The notes beneath the pieces were generated by a model. It did no database searches. It saw only the letters and a list, made by a program, of their open reading frames with translations, and had not been told where the DNA came from. A stretch of DNA of 64,000 nucleotides from a virus, in IMG/VR virus record IMGVR_UViG_3300032315_001390, positions 2,417-66,416 of that record; one strand, written 5' to 3'. A program made the position numbers and the translations under genes. Of this stretch, positions 20,311 through 30,480 are shown piece after piece (the first letter of the stretch is position 1; every line of letters starts with the position of its first letter).

Positions 20311-20632
20311 TTCAATAAGTTGTGTTCCAACCTCATCACTAAGAAAAGCATTGGTGATAAAAACAAATTATAAAAAATTATTAGAAGAAATTTCTATAGT
20401 TAGGGATTCAAATCTAATTTTGCTGAACATAATTTCAAACAAAGACACAATTATCGATTTGAAAGAAAAACAAATTGTTTTGTACCAAGAAAAAGAAGAA
20501 TTATTCAAAAAACAACTAACCGTTAAAGACAAACAAATAGAATTATACAAAAATAAATTTACAGGAAATAAAAGAAAATTTATTTTTATATCAGGAGTAG
20601 GTGTGGTGATTAGTTTGTTAATTTTATTATAA
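20234..20632 (+). CDS. secreted coiled-coil protein with C-terminal TM anchor (spanin-like architecture)
   Basis: Signal peptide MKLKLILLTILTILTFQSYSQ, a coiled coil, and a C-terminal FIFISGVGVVISLLILL. Confidence 0.4.
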   Translation: MKLKLILLTILTILTFQSYSQKSSNDSISCVPTSSLRKALVIKTNYKKLLEEISIVRDSNLILLNIISNKDTIIDLKEKQIVLYQEKEELFKKQLTVKDKQIELYKNKFTGNKRKFIFISGVGVVISLLILL

Positions 20633-20722
20633 GTAAGATATTTATATTAAATCCATCGAAAAACCCATCAGTCTTTAGTTGATAGAATTGAAGGTGTAAA
20701 TTGATAAAAAAAAACAAATAAA

Positions 20723-20884
20723 ATGAAAAACATCCAAATTAAAGGATATAAACAAACATCGTCAGGAACTGACGATTACAGACGTGGAGATAAAATAAGA
20801 CCAACTATTGTTGGCCCAATCAATGAAACGTTTAAAATTCTGAACATAGTTTCAGAATCCCAACCAACTTCGGTGGTTGGGTAG
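20723..20884 (+). CDS. small conserved ORF (53 aa; RGD-containing). A paralogue lies inverted at the window end; it may instead be a structured RNA
   Basis: ATG 20723 to TAG 20882 (not in the ORF track, below the 60-aa cutoff); about 84% identical to the reverse complement of 63882..64000 with frame and stop conserved; contains an 8-bp palindrome at 20757-20777 and a 3' hairpin at 20857-20879. Confidence 0.35.
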   Translation: MKNIQIKGYKQTSSGTDDYRRGDKIRPTIVGPINETFKILNIVSESQPTSVVG

Positions 20885-20895
20885 TTCAACTGAGT

Positions 20896-21138
20896 ATGCT
20901 TACAAACTCAGATAAAAACGAGATCGAATCGATCGTTAAAAAACAAATCAAGTCCATCATTGATGCCTCGACTGCTAAACAGTTTGAGGATAAAGTGTTA
21001 GATTTGGTAATCAAGGATATTCAAAGAGGAAAATCTGAAAAAGAGTTGAAAGAACTCATAATAAAAATGTTCACAGAATTTTATGGTATGATGTACCAAC
21101 AAAGAAGTATGTGGCAAAGTAGATTAAAAAATGCCTGA
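20896..21138 (+). CDS. hypothetical protein
   Basis: 80-aa ORF. Confidence 0.4.
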   Translation: MLTNSDKNEIESIVKKQIKSIIDASTAKQFEDKVLDLVIKDIQRGKSEKELKELIIKMFTEFYGMMYQQRSMWQSRLKNA

Positions 21139-22001
21139 TGAATAATTTGATAAAAAATTTTGATAATTTGGTGAGTAAAGGAAAATCTAGTGCCAAGGAC
21201 GTACAAGGTATGGTAGATTTCGACAAACTTGGTAATTCATTTAAATCAAATGTTCAAGAAGACACTATGGACTATTTCACCAACTCAAAATTTGCTGACG
21301 ATGAGGGTAATAATTTTTATGTTGAAGAAATATATGATTTTGTTTATGCTAATTCGGACAAGTATTACCATAAAAAATTTCCTTTAAGTAAGTTAAAACA
21401 CAATTTAGAATGGTGGAATAAAAACTATGACATCGAAAACTCTAAAGACAAAAAAAGAATGATGAAAGCGAACACATCATTCCCTTTGTTAGTAGTTAAG
21501 GAAAATAATAATTTATCCGTTGCAGATGGTTTAAATAGATTATACAAAGCAATAAAAATTGAAAACAGGAATTACCTTCCTGTTTATTTAGTTCCAAAAA
21601 AAGATATTATGAAATTTGCAGTAAAAGCTAAAAAAAAGGAACCCAAAGAAGCCACGGGAGCTTCAGGCGCTGGTCAATACTCAGCACCTTTATTCGGAAA
21701 TAAGGTTGAAACTAAGGAAGCGACAACTACAGCATCATCCGGGCAATATTCCACCCCCGCGTGGGTGGCACCCAATTCAAAACAATGGAGAGGTCGTGCA
21801 AAACCTCAAATACCTGGTGGTAAATTCGTGACAGTCAAGGGTAAATGTCAAAAATTTCCTTATTGTAATCAGGGGGACATAAAAGCTCTAAAAATTACAG
21901 AGAATGAAGTTATGGAACTATCGAAGAAATTATCAAAAGAATTCGGTATAAGTGAATCTATCATTAGAAAAATGATAATAAACAATTACAACAATTTGTA
22001 A
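21138..22001 (+). CDS. hypothetical protein
   Basis: 287-aa ORF; ATGA start/stop overlap with the upstream gene. Confidence 0.45.
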   Translation: MNNLIKNFDNLVSKGKSSAKDVQGMVDFDKLGNSFKSNVQEDTMDYFTNSKFADDEGNNFYVEEIYDFVYANSDKYYHKKFPLSKLKHNLEWWNKNYDIENSKDKKRMMKANTSFPLLVVKENNNLSVADGLNRLYKAIKIENRNYLPVYLVPKKDIMKFAVKAKKKEPKEATGASGAGQYSAPLFGNKVETKEATTTASSGQYSTPAWVAPNSKQWRGRAKPQIPGGKFVTVKGKCQKFPYCNQGDIKALKITENEVMELSKKLSKEFGISESIIRKMIINNYNNL

Positions 22002-22028
22002 TCGAAGATATTTATAAATAAAAAAAGT

Positions 22029-23123
22029 ATGAAAGATATTAATAATTTGGTAGACAAAGTGATTCAAGAAATCGCATCACAAAACTCAGATAAGATTTTA
22101 ACTGAAGCAAAAAATAAGTTGAGTGGTGGACAAAAATATATCGCTAAACAGGCAGATCCAAAAAACAAAATAACTGGAGCCGACTTTGCTGAATTGAGAA
22201 AGAAGAAAAAAGAAACAAAAGAGGATGATATGGAGGAAGGTAATGCTTTCACCGCTAAGTTAGCTCAAACAAAAAAGGGTGAGAAATTTAAATTAGGAAA
22301 CAAAACATACACTGATACGTCAGATATAGACGAGATGAATGAAGAAGAACCTCTTTACAGAGGTACAAAATTTGCTTGTGAAGATACTGATGGAGATGAT
22401 ATCGAAGATGTAAAACCATATCGAGATATGAAAACTAGTGTATCACCAAAGTTAAAAAATGAAAGTTTGAAAAAAAGTTTGGTCTTAAGTGAAAATGAAC
22501 TAATCGATCTGATCGAGAAAGTTGTTCAAGAACAAACCCAAGTAGGTGACACCAATAAAGCGTTGAAAGCAGATAAAACTGAAAATACAGATTACTACAA
22601 AGCGGTGAAGAAAAAAATGTCAGACTATGTAAAAAAGGGATCTAAAGGTAATTTCGAAACAAATCCAACAACCTTCCCGAAAGGTAATGGTGAACTAGCA
22701 AAAATGGACAAAAAGGCTTACACTCCGTCCAAAGCGGTCGAAGAATATATTGAGAACTTTGCATATTCACCAGGTATGGAGAACCTTTCTTACGATGAAA
22801 TCAAACCAAATGATGATTGGATGGAGATGAATATTGAAGGGTCTCCAAAAACAGGTAATGGTGCTGGCGCAAATGCAATAGACACTGGATTGGGTAAAAA
22901 AATTAATGCTAAAAGAAAAGCAAATCTGTATGGTAAAGAGAAACAAAGATCATACAACAGGGTTACCCAACCTGTAGATAATGCAGGTGAGTCGAAAGGA
23001 TCAGATAAGCTTGATGATATGTTCTCAAAGTTAGGGGAGAACGAAGAAAAAAAATCAAAGCTCATTAAAGAGGATATGGACAAAATATTTCATATGATGT
23101 CATATAACAAAAAAACTCAATAA
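22029..23123 (+). CDS. highly charged (K/E/D-rich) hypothetical protein (scaffold-like composition)
   Basis: 364-aa ORF of low hydrophobicity. Confidence 0.45.
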   Translation: MKDINNLVDKVIQEIASQNSDKILTEAKNKLSGGQKYIAKQADPKNKITGADFAELRKKKKETKEDDMEEGNAFTAKLAQTKKGEKFKLGNKTYTDTSDIDEMNEEEPLYRGTKFACEDTDGDDIEDVKPYRDMKTSVSPKLKNESLKKSLVLSENELIDLIEKVVQEQTQVGDTNKALKADKTENTDYYKAVKKKMSDYVKKGSKGNFETNPTTFPKGNGELAKMDKKAYTPSKAVEEYIENFAYSPGMENLSYDEIKPNDDWMEMNIEGSPKTGNGAGANAIDTGLGKKINAKRKANLYGKEKQRSYNRVTQPVDNAGESKGSDKLDDMFSKLGENEEKKSKLIKEDMDKIFHMMSYNKKTQ

Positions 23124-23173
23124 TATACAAAAAAATATAATATTTTGTTATAATTGTCCATAGATGTAAGTTT

Positions 23174-23653
23174 ATGGATAATTTTTATGCTTGGGTTATG
23201 AATCCACTACCTAAAGATGATGTTGAAACGTGGTTTAACATGAACAATATTATCTTGGAGAGAAAAGATTTGTTTTGTGATTTTGTACACAGTTTAATTG
23301 ATTTAATAAAGTCCACCTATTTGGGTGATACAACCAACACACAAGTCACAGAAACAACGATACAACTTGAACAAGATGATAAACAAAAACATTTTGATTG
23401 GTGTTGGTCCAAGACCATAGACGCATTTTCAAAAGAAAATATCAATTTTCATATTGATGGTGATCATAAAGTTTATTTTTCCAAGTTGTTGATGGACTTG
23501 TTTTACAACACACAAAATAAAATAATTTCCGATAATTTAGAACCTTTTTTTACAAATTTATTTGATGACAAAGTTGGTTATTCACAATCAGACCTCGAAA
23601 TGTTAACAGAAATATACAAATTACTCAACAAAAATTTACAATTCAATAATTGA
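23174..23653 (+). CDS. hypothetical protein
   Basis: 159-aa ORF. Confidence 0.45.
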   Translation: MDNFYAWVMNPLPKDDVETWFNMNNIILERKDLFCDFVHSLIDLIKSTYLGDTTNTQVTETTIQLEQDDKQKHFDWCWSKTIDAFSKENINFHIDGDHKVYFSKLLMDLFYNTQNKIISDNLEPFFTNLFDDKVGYSQSDLEMLTEIYKLLNKNLQFNN

Positions 23654-23692
23654 TTTGTCACAAATTTTAACTATTTTTGTGACAAAAAGAAT

Positions 23693-23878
23693 ATGGAAAC
23701 ATTAGAACACATCAAAATTCTGATGGAGAGGTTATCAATCGATACGAATAAATTCTTCAAAGGAAATGCGAGTGCTGGTAGGAGATCTAGAAAAACAGCA
23801 CAAGAAATCAAATCTTTATTACAAGCATTAAGGATTGAAATTAACAACCATAGAAAAGAAAATAACACAGAAAAATAA
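23693..23878 (+). CDS. small basic hypothetical protein
   Basis: 61-aa ORF; a minus-strand alternative, 23671..23868, overlaps it. Confidence 0.3.
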   Translation: METLEHIKILMERLSIDTNKFFKGNASAGRRSRKTAQEIKSLLQALRIEINNHRKENNTEK

Positions 23879-24046
23879 GATGGAATTGTTTATTTTTATT
23901 TTCTGCGTCATATCAATATTAAGGATTATTATTCTTACATATTTCACTTTAGTTAATGATCCCAACCCAAATAAGATAATTATAAAACGAAATGAATTGA
24001 TTTTCTACGGACTAGCATTATCATATATTATAACTTACCTACTATC

Positions 24047-24469
24047 ATGAATTTCATTGAACTATTAAAATATCTCCAACCATATTTCAGGTCTATAAGA
24101 AAGATCAAAACATTTTTTTCTTTGGATTTACTATTTCCATCGACTTGGAAGTTCCCAAACGAAATCTTGGAGAAGATAAATGCGGTCCAAGACGAAAAAT
24201 ACACCGGTTCAGGAATAGCTATGTCATTTTTACTAGACTTGTCAACAGAACAAGAGAATTCTGAATTGGATAAAATATTTGAATTGATTACTTATAATTT
24301 GGAGTTGGAAGAAAAAACAAGACTATTTAGAGAAAAAACAGAACACTTAAAACAAATTTTCGAAAGTAATTCACTAGATGATCTTCAGAATTTGGTAATT
24401 AATATTGAAGATAAATTGGTACCTGTAATCAAAAACAAAAAACCAATAAAAAATGAACAAGAACAATAA
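24047..24469 (+). CDS. hypothetical protein
   Basis: 140-aa ORF. Confidence 0.4.
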   Translation: MNFIELLKYLQPYFRSIRKIKTFFSLDLLFPSTWKFPNEILEKINAVQDEKYTGSGIAMSFLLDLSTEQENSELDKIFELITYNLELEEKTRLFREKTEHLKQIFESNSLDDLQNLVINIEDKLVPVIKNKKPIKNEQEQ

Positions 24470-24610
24470 TTTTACACCTGAGGAAAAAGAGTGGTATAAA
24501 AAAGAACAACTTAAGGATGAGATATTTGTTTTGAAATATAAAGAAGACATTATTTCTGAAATCAAAAAAACTAAAAAAGAAGAAATAATTGTTATTAAAA
24601 AATTATCATT

Positions 24611-24844
24611 ATGGCAAAAACTGAAAAAAATGTTGGGATTCTAACCGAATTAGCAAAAATTGCAGATGTTATCGAAAGTTCCCATCCATTTGCCAAATCA
24701 ACAATTATTTTTGAAATGGATCTAGAAGACTTTGAATTTACTAAAAAAAGTATACCACAGATAGAATCTGTTGAAGATAAATTTAGAGTTCAAATTTCCA
24801 ATGTTGAGTTCATATACTTACTTAGGTCTCAACCAGTCGGGTAA
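24611..24844 (+). CDS. hypothetical protein
   Basis: 77-aa ORF. Confidence 0.3.
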   Translation: MAKTEKNVGILTELAKIADVIESSHPFAKSTIIFEMDLEDFEFTKKSIPQIESVEDKFRVQISNVEFIYLLRSQPVG

Positions 24845-25470
24845 GCAGTTTCTTTACGATACAGGTAATCTATATTGATACCTTTTTTTGTCAAAAAATC
24901 GTATAGGTACTTCCTTTGTGCGACATCAAGATCTCTCACAAACATACAATCATATTTTTTAATATTTTTGAAGTATTCGAAAAGTTCGTCAAATAGTCGA
25001 TGAACTTCTTCATCTGTTTTGAGAACAAAAATCGATAATAATTCTTCATTCTGAACAATCATTTTATTGTTTAGTTTTGAAATCATTTTCAAACCATCCT
25101 GGGAAAGATAATTTTTAATAAATTTCTCAACAGTAATTTTTTTCTTGTGTTGATAATCAAATATCAACTCTGGTTCTCTGTAAGTTTCGATTTTTACTAT
25201 CTGATAATTACTATCATCTAAATCAACTTTTTGGTTTCTTCCGAATTCATCACGAATAAAAAATGGTGTTATTTTATTTGATTTTTTTTGTAACAAACCC
25301 AATTCTAAAGAAACTATTTTCCCACCAACAACTTTTTTTTCGAACAATACTTTTTCACTTTTTTCAAGCATTTTTTGGTAAAATTCTTCTGCTTTTTGTT
25401 TGTTGGCATATTTCTTGATTATTCTTCTTTTGACTTTATTTTTGAATAAAACAATTTGAAAATTCAACAT
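24829..25470 (-). CDS. hypothetical protein (divergent from dnaJ)
   Basis: Long minus-strand ORF in an AT-rich genome; first in-frame ATG at 25470 (the track start 25488 is TTG). Confidence 0.4.
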   Translation of the reverse strand: MLNFQIVLFKNKVKRRIIKKYANKQKAEEFYQKMLEKSEKVLFEKKVVGGKIVSLELGLLQKKSNKITPFFIRDEFGRNQKVDLDDSNYQIVKIETYREPELIFDYQHKKKITVEKFIKNYLSQDGLKMISKLNNKMIVQNEELLSIFVLKTDEEVHRLFDELFEYFKNIKKYDCMFVRDLDVAQRKYLYDFLTKKGINIDYLYRKETAYPTG

Positions 25471-26418
25471 ATGAAAGACTATTATCAAATATTAGGAGTG
25501 GATAAAAAATCATCTAACGATGAAATTAAAAAAGCTTATCGTAAATTAAGTAAACAATATCATCCAGATGTAAACCCTCAAGGTGAAGAAAAATTTAAAG
25601 AAATCGCTGAAGCTTACGATATTTTGGGTGACGACAATAAAAGAAAAAGTTATGATATGGGTGGAATGGATATGTCAGGATTTGGATCAGCGTTTGAGGA
25701 AATGTTTAAGAACATGGGAGGGAACAATCCATTTGCCTCTCATTTTGGAAATAGAAACAGGAGACCTCAAGTTCCAGACAAAGTTATTCAAGTAGATATT
25801 ACTCCATTAGAATCTTTTCAATCAGTCGAAAAAGAGGTTAATTATCGTAGAAATATTGCATGTGATGGATGTAATGGTTCAGGTGGAGAAAAGCAAACCT
25901 GCGTAACTTGTAACGGTTCTGGACATATACAACAAGTTTTTGGTAATGCTTTTTTTAGACAGGTTCAAACTACTGTTTGTACAACCTGTCATGGAACAGG
26001 ACAAAAAGTCATAAAAGCTTGTTATGGTTGTGGTGGTTCAGGAGTAAAACCCGAAATTAAAAATCTAAAATTCAAAATACCACACGGAAGTGATTCGGGA
26101 GATTTTTATAGATTGGATGGATTGGGTGATTATCATAATCCAGTTGGTTTTGGTAATTTATTGGTAAAAATAAATATGACCAACACTAACACTTGGGAAA
26201 AAATGGGAAATGATTTGATTTACATTAATGTATTGAACTATGAGGAACTTAAAAATGATGATTTTACAGTACCTCACCCTGACGGAGAACTAAAATTAAA
26301 GTTTCCCGAGATGTTTGACACATCGGTACCTTTAAGAGTTAAAAATAAAGGGTTTAAAAAAGATGAACGTGGTGATCTTTATGTAAGAAACGTAGTTAAA
26401 TTCAAAAGAAACTTTTGA
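25471..26418 (+). CDS. dnaJ: DnaJ (Hsp40) co-chaperone with J-domain, G/F region and CxxCxGxG zinc-finger repeats
   Basis: [10 protein letters not shown]...[13 protein letters not shown]-domain with the HPD motif; [25 protein letters not shown] and CYGCGGSG repeats; ATG at 25471 (track start is TTG). Confidence 0.8.
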   Translation: MKDYYQILGVDKKSSNDEIKKAYRKLSKQYHPDVNPQGEEKFKEIAEAYDILGDDNKRKSYDMGGMDMSGFGSAFEEMFKNMGGNNPFASHFGNRNRRPQVPDKVIQVDITPLESFQSVEKEVNYRRNIACDGCNGSGGEKQTCVTCNGSGHIQQVFGNAFFRQVQTTVCTTCHGTGQKVIKACYGCGGSGVKPEIKNLKFKIPHGSDSGDFYRLDGLGDYHNPVGFGNLLVKINMTNTNTWEKMGNDLIYINVLNYEELKNDDFTVPHPDGELKLKFPEMFDTSVPLRVKNKGFKKDERGDLYVRNVVKFKRNF

Positions 26419-26668
26419 AAAGATAAATATGGCCCAATATTGATGTAATTAAAATTTCAAATGATAAAATCAACATCCAAGTTAGTTTAATTTGTGATCG
26501 TTCTTTACATTCGTTACAACTCATTTTGTTTTTTATTCAAAAATAATCATCTTCACTGAAAAAAAAACATTAAAATCTAAAAAATGATTTCTTCAACAAA
26601 ATACTATCTGAAGAATTAATAACTATGAATTATTTCTAAAAAAAAGGTATTTATAATTAAAAAAAAAG

Positions 26669-28531
26669 ATGAGTTTGAAGGAACAAATAAGGAAAGTTAT
26701 AATCAGTGAGATCGCTGAAAAAATTGTAGAAAAGTTAGTTCAAAATTGGACAAAAGGTACCTCCTTGAATCCCGATGTAGTAAAAGATTATATCTTGAAG
26801 TTTGCAGATATATCATCTTCACTACCCGTTGAATTCCGAGATATCACACGTTTGAATTACACAACAGTAAAAAAACTAGTCGATGCCAAATTAGCCAAAA
26901 ATAGGTTGAAAGATTTAACTACTCATTTTAAAACAATGAAGCATGAAGAAGGTCAGGCACCTAGTAATACAATATTAAAGAAGACAATTAGAAAGTATAA
27001 TGAAATTTATCCATTTTTGAAACCTGAAGAAATAAAAAAAATGGAAAAATATACTTGGTTGAAATTTATGAGTAAAGTAAATGAAATTTTTCAAACAAAT
27101 TTTTTGGGACTACTACTAGAAAAAATTAGGAAAGAAGAACCTACTTGGAGTCAAGACCAAATTATTTTTTATTTAGACAACGCTTTAGAATATTATAATG
27201 AAATACCTGATAATACACCTCCTTTGCATTTATTGAGTATGAATGAAATAGAATCAGTAGTTGATACTATTTTAGCAACTAAAAAAACCGAAATTGCTAA
27301 AGTTGACACGAGTGATATTCCGCAAGTCAGTCATCCAAAGAAAAATTTGACAATATATGCACCCACTAATAAACCTGAATGTATCATGTTGGGAAATGGT
27401 AGATCATGGTGTACATCTAGAGAAGGTGAAGGTAATCTTTATTATAATTACAGATTTAGAGACAATTTGACTCTATATTATGTAATTGATGAAGATTTAC
27501 CTTTTGACGACCTTAATTTCGCTTCCGTTATTCTAGTACAACCTGATGGTGATATGAAACTTGCGGATGGATCAAATTCAGGAAGATATTCAGGACACCA
27601 TGTTTTACCTTGGACTGAAATATTGTCTAAAATCCCAAAATTAGATGGACTCAAAGACATATTTGTACCTAAACCACTTACAGAACAAGAAAACAAAATT
27701 GTTTCAATATTGAGGGGTATGAATATACCAAGTATCAATTTATTTGAATGGTTCACTGATCTCAAACAAAGGGAAGATTTATCGGAACTTGATTATTCAG
27801 TAGAAGAGTTAATTGAACTTTGGATGGAAATTAACAGTCGAACTTTAGATGATAAACAATATAAATCTTTGACTCCTGAATTGAAAAAGAAGTATATTAG
27901 TTTAGGTTTTGATCTTAATACTGATAAAATTAAAAATTCAGAATCAAGTGTTCTGCAATATTATATGAAAAAGAAACTTGAAAAATTACTTAATAAATCC
28001 ATTAAACAATTGGATGATTCTGAGATAACTTTATTAAATCTACCAATCTTTCAAAACTACAAAAATGAATTGAGAGATAAGTTTACAAAAGAATTATCTA
28101 ATGAAACTTTTAATAACGGATCGACTTTTGAGTTGGATTTAACCAATTCTAGAGACAACCGAATAGGAAATTATGTAAAATTATACAGTTTTGATACCTT
28201 GATAAATAATATTCCAAAAAATATTACAGACTTGGTTATAATAGGTGAGTCAAATACAACAACGGACTTGACATTTGATGATAATTTTAAAAATTTCAAA
28301 AATTTGGAGAGACTCAATCTAAAATATTGTACTTCTGAATTTCCAATTTTTATTAAAAGTTTAATGCAACTTGAAACAATATGTGTAGTAGACCCACGAA
28401 TAGCACAAGTTCCTAATTGGGTTGGTGATTTTAGTGAATTAAGATTTTTGACAGTTTCTCAAAAAACAAAAATTAGTCCAGATTTAACTAAAAAAATAGA
28501 ATCTAGAGATACTTACATATCATTTGAATAA
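26669..28531 (+). CDS. large hypothetical protein with C-terminal leucine-rich-repeat-like region
   Basis: 620-aa ORF; C-terminal L..L.L..C/N repeats (LERLNLKYC...LETICVV...LRFLTVS). Confidence 0.5.
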   Translation: MSLKEQIRKVIISEIAEKIVEKLVQNWTKGTSLNPDVVKDYILKFADISSSLPVEFRDITRLNYTTVKKLVDAKLAKNRLKDLTTHFKTMKHEEGQAPSNTILKKTIRKYNEIYPFLKPEEIKKMEKYTWLKFMSKVNEIFQTNFLGLLLEKIRKEEPTWSQDQIIFYLDNALEYYNEIPDNTPPLHLLSMNEIESVVDTILATKKTEIAKVDTSDIPQVSHPKKNLTIYAPTNKPECIMLGNGRSWCTSREGEGNLYYNYRFRDNLTLYYVIDEDLPFDDLNFASVILVQPDGDMKLADGSNSGRYSGHHVLPWTEILSKIPKLDGLKDIFVPKPLTEQENKIVSILRGMNIPSINLFEWFTDLKQREDLSELDYSVEELIELWMEINSRTLDDKQYKSLTPELKKKYISLGFDLNTDKIKNSESSVLQYYMKKKLEKLLNKSIKQLDDSEITLLNLPIFQNYKNELRDKFTKELSNETFNNGSTFELDLTNSRDNRIGNYVKLYSFDTLINNIPKNITDLVIIGESNTTTDLTFDDNFKNFKNLERLNLKYCTSEFPIFIKSLMQLETICVVDPRIAQVPNWVGDFSELRFLTVSQKTKISPDLTKKIESRDTYISFE

Positions 28532-28533
28532 AT

Positions 28534-28824
28534 ATGAATGTTGACGTACAGATTTACTACAAAAAAATTATAGATTTTTTTGAAAATAACCCGAATCAAT
28601 TACATGTTCTTATCGGGGATATGAATAAAGAAATATTTTACACAAAAATCAAAAGTAAAGTTCAGGAAAACTTTTTAAAAGGTTCTGACTATGAGTTAAG
28701 TAAAAAAGAATTAGTAGATATAGTTTTTGAACTATTTCAAGAAACAAATCATAAACTTGAAACTAAAATTGAAATAGAAGCTAAATTTGTACAAACCAAA
28801 TATGGTATTTTTTCATTGAATTGA
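28534..28824 (+). CDS. hypothetical protein
   Basis: 96-aa ORF tightly spaced after the previous gene. Confidence 0.4.
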   Translation: MNVDVQIYYKKIIDFFENNPNQLHVLIGDMNKEIFYTKIKSKVQENFLKGSDYELSKKELVDIVFELFQETNHKLETKIEIEAKFVQTKYGIFSLN

Positions 28825-28854
28825 CAATCGATTTTTTTTAGGTATAATTCATTT

Positions 28855-29256
28855 ATGTCATTACTAATTATTTTAATTTCAGGTTTCCTCTTCATGTTTT
28901 TTAACGAATTAGAGGATGAGTGTATTCGAGGTAATTGGACTGGTAAATTATCAAAATGGAATTCCAAAACATCTTGGAAAAACAAATGGAAATTAGATAA
29001 CAATCAAAATCTAGTACCTTACAAAAAAAAATGGTATCATTTCGGTATTGATATGCCTTTTGAAGAAAGATATCCCTATGGATCCACTCTTTTTGTTGGA
29101 TTCTCAGACGCAGAACATTTTTTTCAAATGATGAAAATATTTTCGATATGTTTTGGGTTTTCTGTATTCGGACTTGCCGAACCTATTATTTTTTTTGTCG
29201 GACATCTGATTTTGGGGGTAGCTAAAGAAACAATTTTTAAAAAATTTTTAAATTAA
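28855..29256 (+). CDS. hypothetical membrane protein
   Basis: N-terminal TM LLIILISGFLFMFF and C-terminal hydrophobic segments. Confidence 0.35.
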   Translation: MSLLIILISGFLFMFFNELEDECIRGNWTGKLSKWNSKTSWKNKWKLDNNQNLVPYKKKWYHFGIDMPFEERYPYGSTLFVGFSDAEHFFQMMKIFSICFGFSVFGLAEPIIFFVGHLILGVAKETIFKKFLN

Positions 29257-29263
29257 CAAAAAT

Positions 29264-29398
29264 ATGAAACAAACAACGAGTAGTACACGAAGATTTACCT
29301 TTAAGAAAAAAAGAAAAGGTGTACATGCCAAGACAAAACATTCATCACATAAAACTTCGAAACACTATGTAAAAAAATATAGAGGTCAAGGTGTATGA
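29264..29398 (+). CDS. very basic 44-aa peptide
   Basis: ATG 29264; the stop forms an ATGA overlap with the next gene's start codon at 29395 (translational coupling); K/R/H-rich; not in the ORF track. Confidence 0.25.
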   Translation: MKQTTSSTRRFTFKKKRKGVHAKTKHSSHKTSKHYVKKYRGQGV

Positions 29399-29697
29399 AA
29401 AACAAGATAGATTATTGTATTGAGGATATTGAAAAAAAAACCAATAAATATTTTTCAACATACAAATACGACTCATGTAGTAAAGACTTTATAGATACTC
29501 TGAAAAAAAACTGTCATGTCCTTTTTTCAATCAATGATAGTTCAGGGTTTTCGGAAATTTTTATGAAAACTAAACATCCTTTTTATTTTCACTTCAAAAA
29601 AGACATGTATGAGTTATTCAATACCAATATTTATTTCTATGAAGAATCAAACTCTGAATTAAATTTGTACTTAAAACTTTTAAAAAATATAAAATGA
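29395..29697 (+). CDS. hypothetical protein
   Basis: 100-aa ORF; overlaps the thioredoxin start by 4 nt. Confidence 0.4.
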   Translation: MKNKIDYCIEDIEKKTNKYFSTYKYDSCSKDFIDTLKKNCHVLFSINDSSGFSEIFMKTKHPFYFHFKKDMYELFNTNIYFYEESNSELNLYLKLLKNIK

Positions 29698-29993
29698 AAG
29701 AGATTACACCACAAGAATTAGAAAATAAAATAAACTCTGGTGAAAAATTTGTAGTAGATTTTTTTGCCACTTGGTGCGGACCTTGTAAAATGTTATCTAA
29801 AATATTAGAAGAACATCATACTAAATTCGGAGTTCCAGTTTACAAATTCGACATAGATCAAGACCATCAAATTTGTATTGACCATGGTATTCGAAGTGTT
29901 CCAACTATTTTGTTATTTAGTGATTCTTCAGTAAAAAATAGACATGTTGGGATATTACAAGATAATCAATTTAGTTCTTTTGTTAATCAATGA
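29694..29993 (+). CDS. trxA: thioredoxin
   Basis: WCGPCK active site in a 99-aa thioredoxin-sized protein. Confidence 0.75.
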   Translation: MKEITPQELENKINSGEKFVVDFFATWCGPCKMLSKILEEHHTKFGVPVYKFDIDQDHQICIDHGIRSVPTILLFSDSSVKNRHVGILQDNQFSSFVNQ

Positions 29994-30274
29994 CCATGAA
30001 GAAAATTATAGTCCTATCGATGGAAGGTTGTCCTTACTGTCAAGAATTCAAAGACTTATTGAATGATGGGAATATTGAACACACTGTAGTTGACATAGAA
30101 AATTTTTCAACAGAGTATGATATGTTCAAAAAAATAACATCATCTGATTACCTTCCTGGTTTTATGATATTAGACGAAGAAAATCACACATTGGAGTGTT
30201 ATGCCGCTGATCAAGATTTTTTCACAATTGATCAAGCGTTTCAACTATGTAAAACTACCCAAGAAGAAGAGTAA
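29990..30274 (+). CDS. glutaredoxin-like protein (CPYC)
   Basis: N-terminal EGCPYC motif in a 94-aa protein; 4-nt overlap with trx. Confidence 0.6.
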   Translation: MTMKKIIVLSMEGCPYCQEFKDLLNDGNIEHTVVDIENFSTEYDMFKKITSSDYLPGFMILDEENHTLECYAADQDFFTIDQAFQLCKTTQEEE

Positions 30275-30480
30275 TTACTTCTTGTTATAGTATTTTTGAA
30301 TAGTTTTCTTAATAGCCTCTTGTACTGGTCTAGACTGACCTTGATTCACAGGGCTTTGAGAAATATTAGAGTTTTTTTTACAACCACACATAGTTTTTTT
30401 TACTATAAATATTAACAAATTGGGTTTTGTATAGCCCCATTTGATATTTATAAAAAAAAATAAAGTGATATTTTTGGTCT

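Noticed and set aside
23671-23868. Minus-strand ORF 23671..23868 overlapping + ORF 23693..23878
   Set aside because: The two overlap almost completely. The + strand fits the local gene orientation and has a more protein-like composition. Unresolved, so the + one is kept at low confidence.
30275-30391. 38-aa minus-strand ORF (MCGCKKNSNISQSPVNQGQSRPVQEAIKKTIQKYYNKK) in the 30275-30480 intergenic region
   Set aside because: Very short, with no conserved motif recognised; plausible but unsupported.
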